Positions 40,781-49,751 of a stretch of 64,000 bases of DNA are shown piece by piece. The number at the start of each line of letters is the position of its first letter. The first letter of the stretch is position 1. The translations under genes and the position numbers were made by a program. This DNA comes from Candidatus Poriferisocius sp. (lineage in GTDB: Bacteria > Actinomycetota > Acidimicrobiia > Acidimicrobiales > Bin134). Under the pieces are notes generated by a model, which saw only the letters and a list, made by a program, of their open reading frames with translations, was not told the origin of the DNA and searched no databases. The stretch covers positions 1,360,349-1,424,348 of the forward strand of contig NZ_OZ241836.1 in the NCBI RefSeq assembly GCF_965202595.1. The letters run 5' to 3'.

Positions 40781-41586
40781 CACGACTTGGCTCCAAAAGT
40801 TGCGATGAACTGGTCGGTCGTGGCCCACCGGAAGTAGCGGTATATGCGATCCGAAAAGAGTTGAACCTGGCCCTGGATGGCAATGGGGTCGAATGGTCGT
40901 TCACCGTGTGAAACATCGAGATCGAGAATCCACGAACTGCTCTCGATCGGATCAATCGCGGGATCAAACGTCGCCTTCGGCGGTAGGAACCCCCATCGGG
41001 CACGCATCGCCGTCTCGTCTGAGAACTGGTAATGGCAATCAGTCAAGCTGTGCTGAAGTCGTACACCGGAAGGGTCGGACACCGTCATGGGTCCGAGCAC
41101 CTCTGGCCGTACCAGTTGCCCAATCGAATCGATGTGCTCTTCGCCCACGCGATCGATATACCGAACGCCAAGCCGCCGAACCTTGCGGGGGTTGATCCAA
41201 GCGCCCAGCGCCTCCAGCAGAAACCCGAGACGGTCAAGAAAGTCAGCTCGGCCCGTATAGCTGTTCGTGGCCAGGGCAAGAAACTCAGGGGCAAGCGCAA
41301 CCTCCCAGTTATCCTCATCGGTGAATCTCCAGACGATGCCTGGTTGCTGGGTTTGGATGCCGGTGGGCCCAATTTCCACTTGGAGCTCTTCCTCTCGACG
41401 CAGGTCGGAGTACAGATTCCGGATCCTCTCCTGGAAGGGACCGACGAACGCGTGATCAGCAATCGAAGCGACCACCGGGAACCGAATTTGAGCCACCACC
41501 AAGCTAAGGGGCGAATTCGGCAATGGGACGGAAGGTACCGCCGGGCCGAAAGGATCATCTACCATGGTTCTCATTATACTGCCCAT
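40780..41586 (-). CDS. TIGR04255 family protein (uncharacterised)
   Basis: 268-aa ORF. The N-terminal PLPNSPLSLVVAQIRFP resembles the family's conserved start, and the length fits. Alternative start at Met-8 (41565). Confidence 0.6.
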   Translation of the reverse strand: MGSIMRTMVDDPFGPAVPSVPLPNSPLSLVVAQIRFPVVASIADHAFVGPFQERIRNLYSDLRREEELQVEIGPTGIQTQQPGIVWRFTDEDNWEVALAPEFLALATNSYTGRADFLDRLGFLLEALGAWINPRKVRRLGVRYIDRVGEEHIDSIGQLVRPEVLGPMTVSDPSGVRLQHSLTDCHYQFSDETAMRARWGFLPPKATFDPAIDPIESSSWILDLDVSHGERPFDPIAIQGQVQLFSDRIYRYFRWATTDQFIATFGAKS

Positions 41587-41767
41587 TCAGGCAAATGGGA
41601 AGTATAATGAGAAGTAGTCTCACAGTTGGTCTGCTGAGCAATGGTCTGCTGGCAAAGTCGGTGCCTTCCGAGCCTCCGCCACAGATGTAGGGTACGCTCG
41701 GTGGCATCACCCGGGACGAGGACGAATCACCATCTACAAGCTGCCATGCAGAGGGCGACCAAGAACG

Positions 41768-42019
41768 ATGACGACACCGAGAAGGGGTCTGCTGTTCCAC
41801 CTCACGCACATCGACTCGATGGTCGATTGGCAGCTCATGGAGGACCAGTGGTGGTTCAACAACACATCTGCCGACCCCGACAGGAAGGAGCGGCGGATGG
41901 CTGAACTCCTTGTTCACCAGCGCGTTCCCTGGAGCACGATGCTTGGCATCGCTACCAGGTCGGAAGCTCGATCCCGACAGGTGTCACTGGCGTTCCAAGT
42001 CATACGTGTCCGACATTGA
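41768..42019 (+). pseudogene. darT: darT remnant (DUF4433 ssDNA ADP-ribosyltransferase toxin) with internal deletion
   Basis: The 83-aa ORF keeps the N-terminal LFHLTHIDSM (DarT HxTHxxN-type start) and the C-terminal RRMAELLVHQRVPW...IATRS (catalytic AEFLV-type block). It lacks about 120 central residues. Confidence 0.5.
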
Positions 42020-42862
42020 TCGGGGACTCGACGATCTCGCACACGTCATTGAGGACCGGGGCATCACCTCTATCGCCATTCCTCGCCTTGGCTGTGACAA
42101 CGGAGGTCTCGACTGGACAGAAATCGAGCCGCTCATTCGCAAGAAACTCAATGACCTGCCAGCGATGGTCCATTTGTTCGTCCCCGAAGGGCCGCTGCCG
42201 CTATGACAACTGCGCCGTTTGTAGGTCCTCCAGGGGATCATAATCTACCGAATCCTGCTGCTATGACCCTTGCGACGAAGCGTCCGCCGCTGACCGAAGG
42301 CAAAGCCGCGTTGATCGTGTTGCTCGACCGCTACTCGCAGTTGGCATTTGGTGCCACCGTCATCGAAGTGCAGAAGTTGATGTACTTCCTTCAGGAAACA
42401 GGGCAGGAGCTGCGGCTCAACTTCGTCAAGGAGCGGTACGGCCCTTACGCCGACAACCTTCGACATGTCCTCATCCGGCTCGAAGGCCACTACCTTCAGG
42501 GTTACGGAGATGGCAGCAAGCCAGTACAGGACGCGGAACCGATCCAGCTCCTGGGCGATGCCGCCCACGAGGCGCAAGCAGCGATTGAGGGTCTCGATGA
42601 CCAGTCGGTGCTTGAACGCATTGATCGCACGTTTGAGCTCGTTGAGGGTTTCGAATCGGCATACGGCTTGGAGCTGCTCGCGACCATCCACTGGTGCGCG
42701 AAGCACAACGATGATGTCGGCTCCGCGGTTGACGCAGCCAAATCTGTGCCTGCATGGAGAAAGCGCAAGGAGCGCATGTTTACCGACGAACACGTTGAGG
42801 TCGCCTGGGACCATCTCCGGCACCTCGGTTGGATTGGTGCCCGCGAACCAAAACCCGCCTGA
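41910..42862 (+). pseudogene. darG: darG remnant (macrodomain antitoxin): N-terminally truncated macrodomain, frameshift at about 42203, intact C-terminal DarT-binding domain
   Basis: Macrodomain C-half: HWRSKSYVSDIDRGLDDLAHVIEDRGITSIAIPRLGCDNGGLDWTEIEPLI. An ATGA junction follows, then a 219-aa ORF with IEVQKLMYF...RYGPYADNLRHVL...VEGFESAYGLELLATIHW...WRKRKERMF, matching the DarG C-terminal domain as I remember it. Confidence 0.62.
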
Positions 42863-43046
42863 TACCAACTATGCAGGAACGTCGACGAACTCCGAGACGA
42901 CACACAACGCAACTTCTTTCACACCCAACACATCCACGTGGCGAAACGGACGGGCAGAAGAGCGGCAACCTACCCTGATCTGATGAAGCTGTCAGCCCCC
43001 TCCCGTACAATCGGTCTACATGGAGAGGCTGCGGAAGTATCAGGTT

Positions 43047-43793
43047 ATGGCTGATCGGTCGGGCATCGAGTGGACGGAGGTTACGTGGAACCCAACCACG
43101 GGCTGCGACAAGACCTCCCCGGGCTGCGACAACTGCTATGCCCTCACGTTGGCAAAACGTTTGCAAGCCATGGGTCAGACGAAGTACCAGAATGATGGCG
43201 ACCCGAGGACCAGTGGCCTAGGCTTTGCACTGACAGTCCATGAGGACACCCTGGCTGCCCCTCATAAATGGAAGTCGCCACGGCTCATCTTCGTCAACTC
43301 AATGAGTGACCTGTTCCACCCGGAGGTGCCGTTCGACTTCATTAAGCGGGTGTTCACCGTCATGGCTGAAACGCCACAGCACACGTACCAGGTGCTTACC
43401 AAGCGCTCCAAGCGTCTCGCGACGCTAGCTGAGCGTCTCGACTGGCCGCCCAACGTATGGATGGGTGTCAGCGTCGAGACCTGTCGCTATGCCTTCAGGC
43501 TCGATCATCTCCGATCGGTCAACGCAGCCGTGCGCTTCGTCAGCGCTGAGCCGCTACTTGGACCTCTGCCGAATCTCGACCTGTCCTCGATTGACTGGCT
43601 AATTGCCGGCGGGGAGAGCGGACCCGGCGCTCGCCCCATGGACGAAGCATGGGTCCGCGATCTGCGTGATCAGTGTGGTACTGCGGGTGTCGCCTTTTTC
43701 TTCCAACAGTGGGGCGGTAGGACTCCCAAAGCGGGTGGCCGAGAACTTGAGGGCGCACTCCACAATGAGATGCCAACCTCAGTAAGGACTTGA
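43047..43793 (+). CDS. DUF5131 (phage Gp37/Gp68) family three-Cys-motif protein
   Basis: IEWTEVTWNPTTGCDKTSPGCDNCYA (C-x6-C-x2-C), FVNSMSDLFH, VSAEPLLGP and AGGESGPGARP are typical of PF07505. The longer ORF begins at 43020. Confidence 0.8.
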   Translation: MADRSGIEWTEVTWNPTTGCDKTSPGCDNCYALTLAKRLQAMGQTKYQNDGDPRTSGLGFALTVHEDTLAAPHKWKSPRLIFVNSMSDLFHPEVPFDFIKRVFTVMAETPQHTYQVLTKRSKRLATLAERLDWPPNVWMGVSVETCRYAFRLDHLRSVNAAVRFVSAEPLLGPLPNLDLSSIDWLIAGGESGPGARPMDEAWVRDLRDQCGTAGVAFFFQQWGGRTPKAGGRELEGALHNEMPTSVRT

Positions 43794-43796
43794 CCA

Positions 43797-44780
43797 GTGG
43801 CACGCATGTGGAGTTTCTGGACAAAGGGCAAACTTGATGTGTTGCGTAGATATCTCGACGCGTACACGACAGCCACCAAGAGCGTGAGCGAGCGCATATA
43901 TTTGGATGCCTTCGCTGGTGAACTTGATAACGAGGAACGCTTGACCGGTGAACAGATTGAGAGCTCTGCATCAATAGCTCTATTGATTGGTAACCCACCC
44001 TTCACACGGGTCAGACTATTCGAGAGAGAAGGGAAGGCCAAACAGTTGGCTTCATCGCTTCACGCTCAATTCCCAGGACGAGACCTAAAGGTCTACGGCG
44101 GCGACTGCAACGAGAGAATCCCAGAGGCACTAGCAGAGTTAAAGGAAGTGAGGTGGGCACCCACATTCGCGTTCATCGATCCGAACGGAACTGAAGCTGA
44201 GTGGAAATCGCTCGTTTCGCTTGCCGGGTTTCGAGAGGCACACCGAACGAAGACAGAGCTGTTCATCCTCTTCTCAGCGCCAATGTTCACGCGCCTGCTC
44301 CCTGTCGACGGCAACAAGGTCCGCCCCCAGGACTTAGCCCGCATCACGGCGATCTTTGGCTGCGACGATTGGCAACACATCTATGCGGCACGCCTCGACA
44401 ACGCAATCACTCCTGGCCAGGCACGCGATGAGTATCTCAATCTCATGCGGTGGAGACTTGAGAAAGAACTCGGATACCGGTGGACGCAGCCTTTGGAAGT
44501 CCGAAATGAACGCGGCATAATGATTTATCACATGGTCTTCGCTACCGACCACGATGCAGGGTACCGGATCATGAAAAGCGTGTACGCACGGGCCGCCGCC
44601 GAGTTCCCCTCAATGGCGGAGCAAGCGCGGCGGCTTCGCAAGAAGAAGGAAGACGAAGAACGGGGCGTGCAAAGTCTGTTCGGCGAGGACGATGCCTTAC
44701 TGCACGCGCCGATTCAACCCGGCGAGCGCTTATACATCCACGATCCGCCTACACGGCCGTGGTTCATGGAGGAGTTATAG
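43797..44780 (+). CDS. tcmP: three-Cys-motif partner protein TcmP (TIGR04474-like)
   Basis: 327-aa ORF 3 nt after the DUF5131 stop. The N-terminal W..K.K.DVLRRYLDAY...YLDAFAG pattern and the obligate adjacency to DUF5131 fit TcmP. Confidence 0.72.
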   Translation: MARMWSFWTKGKLDVLRRYLDAYTTATKSVSERIYLDAFAGELDNEERLTGEQIESSASIALLIGNPPFTRVRLFEREGKAKQLASSLHAQFPGRDLKVYGGDCNERIPEALAELKEVRWAPTFAFIDPNGTEAEWKSLVSLAGFREAHRTKTELFILFSAPMFTRLLPVDGNKVRPQDLARITAIFGCDDWQHIYAARLDNAITPGQARDEYLNLMRWRLEKELGYRWTQPLEVRNERGIMIYHMVFATDHDAGYRIMKSVYARAAAEFPSMAEQARRLRKKKEDEERGVQSLFGEDDALLHAPIQPGERLYIHDPPTRPWFMEEL

Positions 44781-44824
44781 CGGTCCCCTCCGGCGGGGTC
44801 AGCCAAACGGCTACGCTGGTGGTC

Positions 44825-45343
44825 ATGGAGATTGGTCACGTTTATGACATGCCCCCCATGCGGCCCGATGAAGCCAACACCACCTACTTCCCAGCCGGAG
44901 CGATCAAGATCGGGGTGGAATACCGTGATCTCACCCCCGAGGCACTCACCGAGTATTACGGGGGCGACGAGGCCTACGTGGAGGAGTTGCGCCGAACCGC
45001 ACCCCTGGGCATCGAGGATCGGGGAGTGTCGCTGCACGTGTTCGATGCCGACGGCCGGTGGGAGTACCTGCGCTTCGACCTGTTCGAGGATGCCCCCCAC
45101 TACCACTACAACCACCTGGGGGGCGGGCGGAACCACATCGTTCCCTTCGACGAGACCGCCCACGGTCCCATCACCGAGTGGGCAGTGAACAAGATCCGAT
45201 CCGGCGAGCTGGCTCCCATGCTGGTCCAGGCCGGAGGGTCAGAACTGGCCGACGCGCTGGACCCCGATGTGCTGGCCAGAACAGCCGACCAGGTAGCCGC
45301 TTACACAGCCGAACTCCGCAACCGCCTTACCACCAAGACCTAA
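44825..45343 (+). CDS. hypothetical protein
   Basis: 172 aa from Met-23 of the ORF. High GC3 returns to native-like composition. I recognise no family. Confidence 0.5.
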   Translation: MEIGHVYDMPPMRPDEANTTYFPAGAIKIGVEYRDLTPEALTEYYGGDEAYVEELRRTAPLGIEDRGVSLHVFDADGRWEYLRFDLFEDAPHYHYNHLGGGRNHIVPFDETAHGPITEWAVNKIRSGELAPMLVQAGGSELADALDPDVLARTADQVAAYTAELRNRLTTKT

Positions 45344-45370
45344 CCGCTTCGCTTACCCAAACAATCTCCA

Positions 45371-45448
45371 AGCCCGCTTGAGCAGCCCCCTTGAGCAACC
45401 CGCTTGAACAGCTCCCTTGAACAGCCCGCATGAACAGCCCGCTTGAGC
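45371..45448. repeat. 13-bp tandem repeat x6 between convergent genes
   Basis: agcccgcttgagc / agcccccttgagc / aacccgcttgaac / agctcccttgaac / agcccgcatgaac / agcccgcttgagc. Confidence 0.88.
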
Positions 45449-45456
45449 GCGGTGTC

Positions 45457-46272
45457 CTAGCCGGCGAGTTCCCCGAAGTCCACCTGGCCGGTGATCACCG
45501 AACCCTGGAAGGCGTTGTCGATATTGACATTCACCCCCGACACGAACGAGGCGGCGTCGGATCCCAAATAGGCCAGCAGGTTGGCCACTTCCGACGCGGT
45601 CACGTAGCGACCCCCGGAGTTGGCAGCCGTCCAGTCGATCATCTGCTCACCCATGGTCTTCTTGAAATCGGGAAGCAGTGGGGTGTCGATGGGAGCCGGG
45701 CAGGCGCTGGCAATCCGCACACCGTTGGCCAGCATCCCCCTGGCGGCCTGCATGGTGAAGATCTGCACGCACTCCTTGGAGAACATGTAGCCGTCGGCCA
45801 CCACCTCGGGGTGTTCCTCCACCCAGGCCACCGCCTTGTCCCAGTCGTCGATGGACAGCAACTCGGTGATCTCGGCCTGATGCGCCGGCCAGTTCATACC
45901 GGCAATCGAGGCGGTGTTGACCACCGCACCCCCAGCGGGGATCTTGGGCAACAGGGCATCGGTGAGCCGCATCAACCCCAAGGTGTTTACCCTCATCACG
46001 TCAGCGGGTGAGAAAGTGGCCGCGATGCCGGCATTGTTGAACAGGGCATGCACCGGGGCATCAATGGCAGCCGCCGCCTCGTCGATGGCCACCGGGTCGC
46101 CCATGTTGGTGGGGATGTAGCGGGTGATCGGCCCGGTGGGTTCCTTGATGTCCAGCGCAGTGATGGATGCGGCCCCGAGGTCGGCCAGCAGCCCCACCAG
46201 CGCGGCACCGACACCGGAGTAGGCACCGGTGACCACCACATTGCGGCCTTCGTAACTCATGGGGTTGGACAT
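45457..46272 (-). CDS. SDR family oxidoreductase
   Basis: 271 aa from Met-12, with VVVTGAYSGVGAA, NNAG, and a Y/K catalytic region. Confidence 0.85.
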   Translation of the reverse strand: MSNPMSYEGRNVVVTGAYSGVGAALVGLLADLGAASITALDIKEPTGPITRYIPTNMGDPVAIDEAAAAIDAPVHALFNNAGIAATFSPADVMRVNTLGLMRLTDALLPKIPAGGAVVNTASIAGMNWPAHQAEITELLSIDDWDKAVAWVEEHPEVVADGYMFSKECVQIFTMQAARGMLANGVRIASACPAPIDTPLLPDFKKTMGEQMIDWTAANSGGRYVTASEVANLLAYLGSDAASFVSGVNVNIDNAFQGSVITGQVDFGELAG

Positions 46273-46306
46273 GGGGAACCTCCCGCGTTCCTGATTCGCC
46301 AGCACA

Positions 46307-46416
46307 GAATAATACCAACGTGACCCCTCTCCGCCAGCAGCCGGAGTTCGTCTCGCTCGAACTCGGCCAGGTTGTGCCAGGATAATACCGGCGTTGCCCC
46401 TCTCCGCCAGCAGAGT
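46307..46416. repeat. imperfect direct repeat pair of about 36 nt, 73-bp offset, upstream of the SDR gene
   Basis: ataatacc(aa/gg)cgt(ga/tg)cccctctccgccagcag occurs at about 46309 and about 46382. Confidence 0.65.
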
Positions 46417-46475
46417 GCACCGCGGCGAGTATTCTAGGTTGAGCCCTGAGTAGTTCGGATGCTTCGGAGGTCAAA

Positions 46476-47762
46476 ATGGATTTGAACGAGATGATCCTGG
46501 TGAGCGTCGACGACCACCTGTGCGAACCCCCCGACATGTTCGACAACCATCTTCCGGCCCGATGGCGAGATGAGGCCCCCAAAGTGGTCCGCACCGACTC
46601 GGGCGACGACGTGTGGACGTTCAACGGCGCGGTCATCCCCAACGTGGGCCTGAACGCGGTGGCCGGGCGCCCCAAGGAGGAATACGGCATCGAACCCACC
46701 GCCTTCGACGAGATGCGCCCCGGCTGCTACGACGTCCATGCCCGAGTCAAGGACATGGATGCCGCCGGGGTGCTGGGATCGATGTGCTTCCCCTCCTTTC
46801 CCGGCTTCGCCGGCCGGCTCTTCGCCAACCATCCCGACAAGTCGTTCGCCGCCGACCTGATCCGGGCCTACAACGACTGGCACATCCACGAGTGGGTCGG
46901 TTCCTACCCGGGCCGGTTCATTCCCATGGCCCTGCCCATGATCTGGAGCGCCCCGGAGTGCGCCGCCGAGGTTCGCCGGGTGGCCGAATTGGGCTGTCAC
47001 TCCATGACCTTCACCGAGAACCCGGCCAAGCTGGGGCAACCCAGCTTCCACGACGACTACTGGAACCCGCTGTGGGAGGCATTCAGCGATACCGGCACGG
47101 TCTGCTCCATCCATCTGGGCTCGTCGGGAGAGATGGTCATCACCGCGCCCGACGCTCCCATGGACGTGATGATCCAGCTCCAGCCCATGAACATCAGCCA
47201 GGCGGCTGCCGACCTGTTGTGGTCACCCATCCCCCGCCGCTATCCCGACATCAGGATTGCCCTGTCGGAGGGGGGCACGGGCTGGATCCCCTACTTCATG
47301 GACAGGGCCGACCGCACCTACGACATGCATCACCTCTGGACCGGGCAGGACTTCGAGAACCTGCTGCCCAGCGAGGTGTTCCGGCGCAACTTCTTGACCT
47401 GCTTCATCAACGATCCGGTGGGGGTCATCATGCGTCACGAAATCGGCATCGACAACATCTGCTGGGAGATGGACTACCCCCACAGCGACTCCACCTGGCC
47501 CAACGCCCCCGAACTGCTGGCCGAAACGCTGGTTGGGGTGCCCGATGAGGAGGTGAACAAGATAACCCACCTGAACGCCATGGCCTGGTACCAGTACGAC
47601 CCGTTCTCCCACCGGAACCGCCGCGACTGCACCGTGGGGGCGTTGCGGGCCTCGGCCGGCGATCACGACATCTCGATAAGGTCGATGGACAAGGGCCGCC
47701 ACCAGGGCAAGGATCGCAACCTGGCCCGGTTCACCACCCGCAACGCAGGTGTCAACCGCTGA
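46476..47762 (+). CDS. amidohydrolase family protein (PF04909-like)
   Basis: 428-aa ORF with VSVDDHLCEP, WHIHEW and CWEMDYPHSDSTWP, a metal-dependent hydrolase pattern. Paralogous in type to 4844-6049. Confidence 0.83.
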   Translation: MDLNEMILVSVDDHLCEPPDMFDNHLPARWRDEAPKVVRTDSGDDVWTFNGAVIPNVGLNAVAGRPKEEYGIEPTAFDEMRPGCYDVHARVKDMDAAGVLGSMCFPSFPGFAGRLFANHPDKSFAADLIRAYNDWHIHEWVGSYPGRFIPMALPMIWSAPECAAEVRRVAELGCHSMTFTENPAKLGQPSFHDDYWNPLWEAFSDTGTVCSIHLGSSGEMVITAPDAPMDVMIQLQPMNISQAAADLLWSPIPRRYPDIRIALSEGGTGWIPYFMDRADRTYDMHHLWTGQDFENLLPSEVFRRNFLTCFINDPVGVIMRHEIGIDNICWEMDYPHSDSTWPNAPELLAETLVGVPDEEVNKITHLNAMAWYQYDPFSHRNRRDCTVGALRASAGDHDISIRSMDKGRHQGKDRNLARFTTRNAGVNR

Positions 47763-47841
47763 GCCCCAGCCCCACCTCTCAACACCAATTGCCCTCTCAC
47801 CACCTGTAGCCCCCTCACCAACGATTGGAGAAGATGCCACC

Positions 47842-49146
47842 ATGGGTTGGGATTTCGAGACCGAATCCGATTACCAGGAGAAGCTGGACTGGGTCCGGGC
47901 CTTCGTGGACGAGAACATCCTGCCCCTGGAGACCATAGAGCTGGATGTGACCGACGAGCAGTGGACCGCACTCACCGCCCCGCTCCGCCGGCAGGTCAAG
48001 GATCGGGGGTTGTGGGCCTGCCACCTGGATCCCGAACTGGGGGGCCAGGGCTACGGTCAGATGAAGCTGGCGCTGCTGCACGAAATCCTGGGACGATCCA
48101 CCATCGCTCCGGGCATATTCGGCAATCAGGCCCCCGACTCGGGCAACGCCGAACTTCTGGCCATCGGGGGCGATGAGCACCAGAAACAACGGTGGATGGT
48201 GCCGCTTTTGGCGGGTGAGCTGCGTTCGGGATTCTCGATGACCGAACCCGACGTGGCCGGTTCCGACCCCACCCTGTTGCAGACCTCTGCGGTGCGAGAC
48301 GGTGACACCTGGGTGATCAACGGCCACAAGTGGTTCACCTCCGGGGGGTCGGCGGCCGACTTCTTGATCGCCATGGTGGTGACCAACCCCGATGTCCACC
48401 CCTATCAGGGGTCATCCATGTTCGTGGTGCCCACCGACACCCCCGGCCTGGAGATCGTGAGGGACGTGCCCAACATGCACCACCCCTATCCCGGCCGGTT
48501 CGCCCGGCGGCCCGGCGGCCACTCCGAGGTGATCTACCGGGATGTGCGGGTGCCCGCCGACCACCTCATCGGCAACCCCGGAGACGGATTCGTGCTCGCC
48601 CAAAAGCGCCTCGGCCCCGGCCGTATCCACCACGCCATGCGCTGGATCGGCCAGTCCCGCCGCGCCCTGGACATGATGTGCGAGCGGGCCCTGTCCCGGT
48701 TCTCCCATGGCAGCTTGCTGGCCGACAAGCAGATGGTGCAGGACTTCATCGCCGAGACCCGCATCGACATCGAATCGGCCCGGCTGCTGTGCCTTCATGC
48801 CGCCTGGCACATGGACAAGCACGGATCCTCGGCATCTCGTACCGAGATCGCCATGATAAAGGTGTACGGCACCAGGATGCTCTACAACGCCATCGACCGG
48901 TCGATCCAGGTTCACGGTGCCCTGGGCTACTCGGCCGACATGCCCCTGGAGGAGATGTACCGCAACGCCCGGGCCTCCCGCCTGGTGGACGGAGCCGACG
49001 AGGTGCACAAGGTGACCATCGCCCGCCGAACCCTCAAGGAGTACTCACCGGCGGACGGTAACCCCACCGAGCACATCCCCACCCGCCGGGCCGCCGCCCT
49101 GGAACGCTTCGGCAAGTTGATCGACATCGAGGTGCTGAACAGCTAG
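47842..49146 (+). CDS. acyl-CoA dehydrogenase
   Basis: 434 aa from Met-32, with a GGAGAAG RBS 8 nt upstream. ACAD blocks: FSMTEPDVAGSDPT, TWVINGHKWFTSG, QVHGALGYS. Confidence 0.9.
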   Translation: MGWDFETESDYQEKLDWVRAFVDENILPLETIELDVTDEQWTALTAPLRRQVKDRGLWACHLDPELGGQGYGQMKLALLHEILGRSTIAPGIFGNQAPDSGNAELLAIGGDEHQKQRWMVPLLAGELRSGFSMTEPDVAGSDPTLLQTSAVRDGDTWVINGHKWFTSGGSAADFLIAMVVTNPDVHPYQGSSMFVVPTDTPGLEIVRDVPNMHHPYPGRFARRPGGHSEVIYRDVRVPADHLIGNPGDGFVLAQKRLGPGRIHHAMRWIGQSRRALDMMCERALSRFSHGSLLADKQMVQDFIAETRIDIESARLLCLHAAWHMDKHGSSASRTEIAMIKVYGTRMLYNAIDRSIQVHGALGYSADMPLEEMYRNARASRLVDGADEVHKVTIARRTLKEYSPADGNPTEHIPTRRAAALERFGKLIDIEVLNS

Positions 49147-49751
49147 TCAAACCCACCACAATTTGAAAATTCTATGATCCAAGAAACGCGAGCAACAAGG
49201 GGAAACTGGCTTGCTGATGGGGGTGCCATCCATTCAAATTGGACCACCATGATGCCTGTGCCATCAGTAGATGGAAGAGGAAATTCTATTGCATCCCTAT
49301 ACACTTGTCTAACACATTCATTTTCCGATTGAATACAGAAATCATTAGCCAAAGGTGGTCCTATAGGCATCCTGCTTTGCGAATCACGATCCTTATATAT
49401 CCAATACTCGGTTGATATAGGTGTAGCAAAGGTTGGAATCCTGAGGGTTAAGCCATCGGACCAAGGGGTTGGGTCCGGCCAATGGATGCCAGCATCTGCG
49501 TACCAAAAATTAACATCATCATAATCCTGATTCGGCCATTCATATGCAACTGCTTCCGCTACTCCTACTTGTACCTCGTTGGCGAATACCTGTGCATGCA
49601 GTGGAGGATCTTCTGGTAGGTCAACCTTATTCAATAATTGCGATGAGAGATCAGCCGTGTTTTTATCTGAAAATGGAGTGCAGGCAAGGGACGCTCCCAT
49701 AAGAATTAGGAGGGTTGCCAGCAAATAAAGCCAGAAGGTCGTGTCTCGCAC
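49143..49751 (-). CDS. hypothetical lipoprotein
   Basis: 202-aa ORF with a signal peptide and lipobox (GASLAC). Confidence 0.55.
   Translation of the reverse strand: MRDTTFWLYLLATLLILMGASLACTPFSDKNTADLSSQLLNKVDLPEDPPLHAQVFANEVQVGVAEAVAYEWPNQDYDDVNFWYADAGIHWPDPTPWSDGLTLRIPTFATPISTEYWIYKDRDSQSRMPIGPPLANDFCIQSENECVRQVYRDAIEFPLPSTDGTGIMVVQFEWMAPPSASQFPLVARVSWIIEFSNCGGFD

Larger units (their letters stand above)
39226..44800. other. intermediate-GC (about 55%) accessory, defence-type island
   Basis: A sampled line has 33/60 G+C against about 40/60 in the flanks. Content is TA/defence-type genes. None of the host-type gene-end duplications occur inside. Confidence 0.65.
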
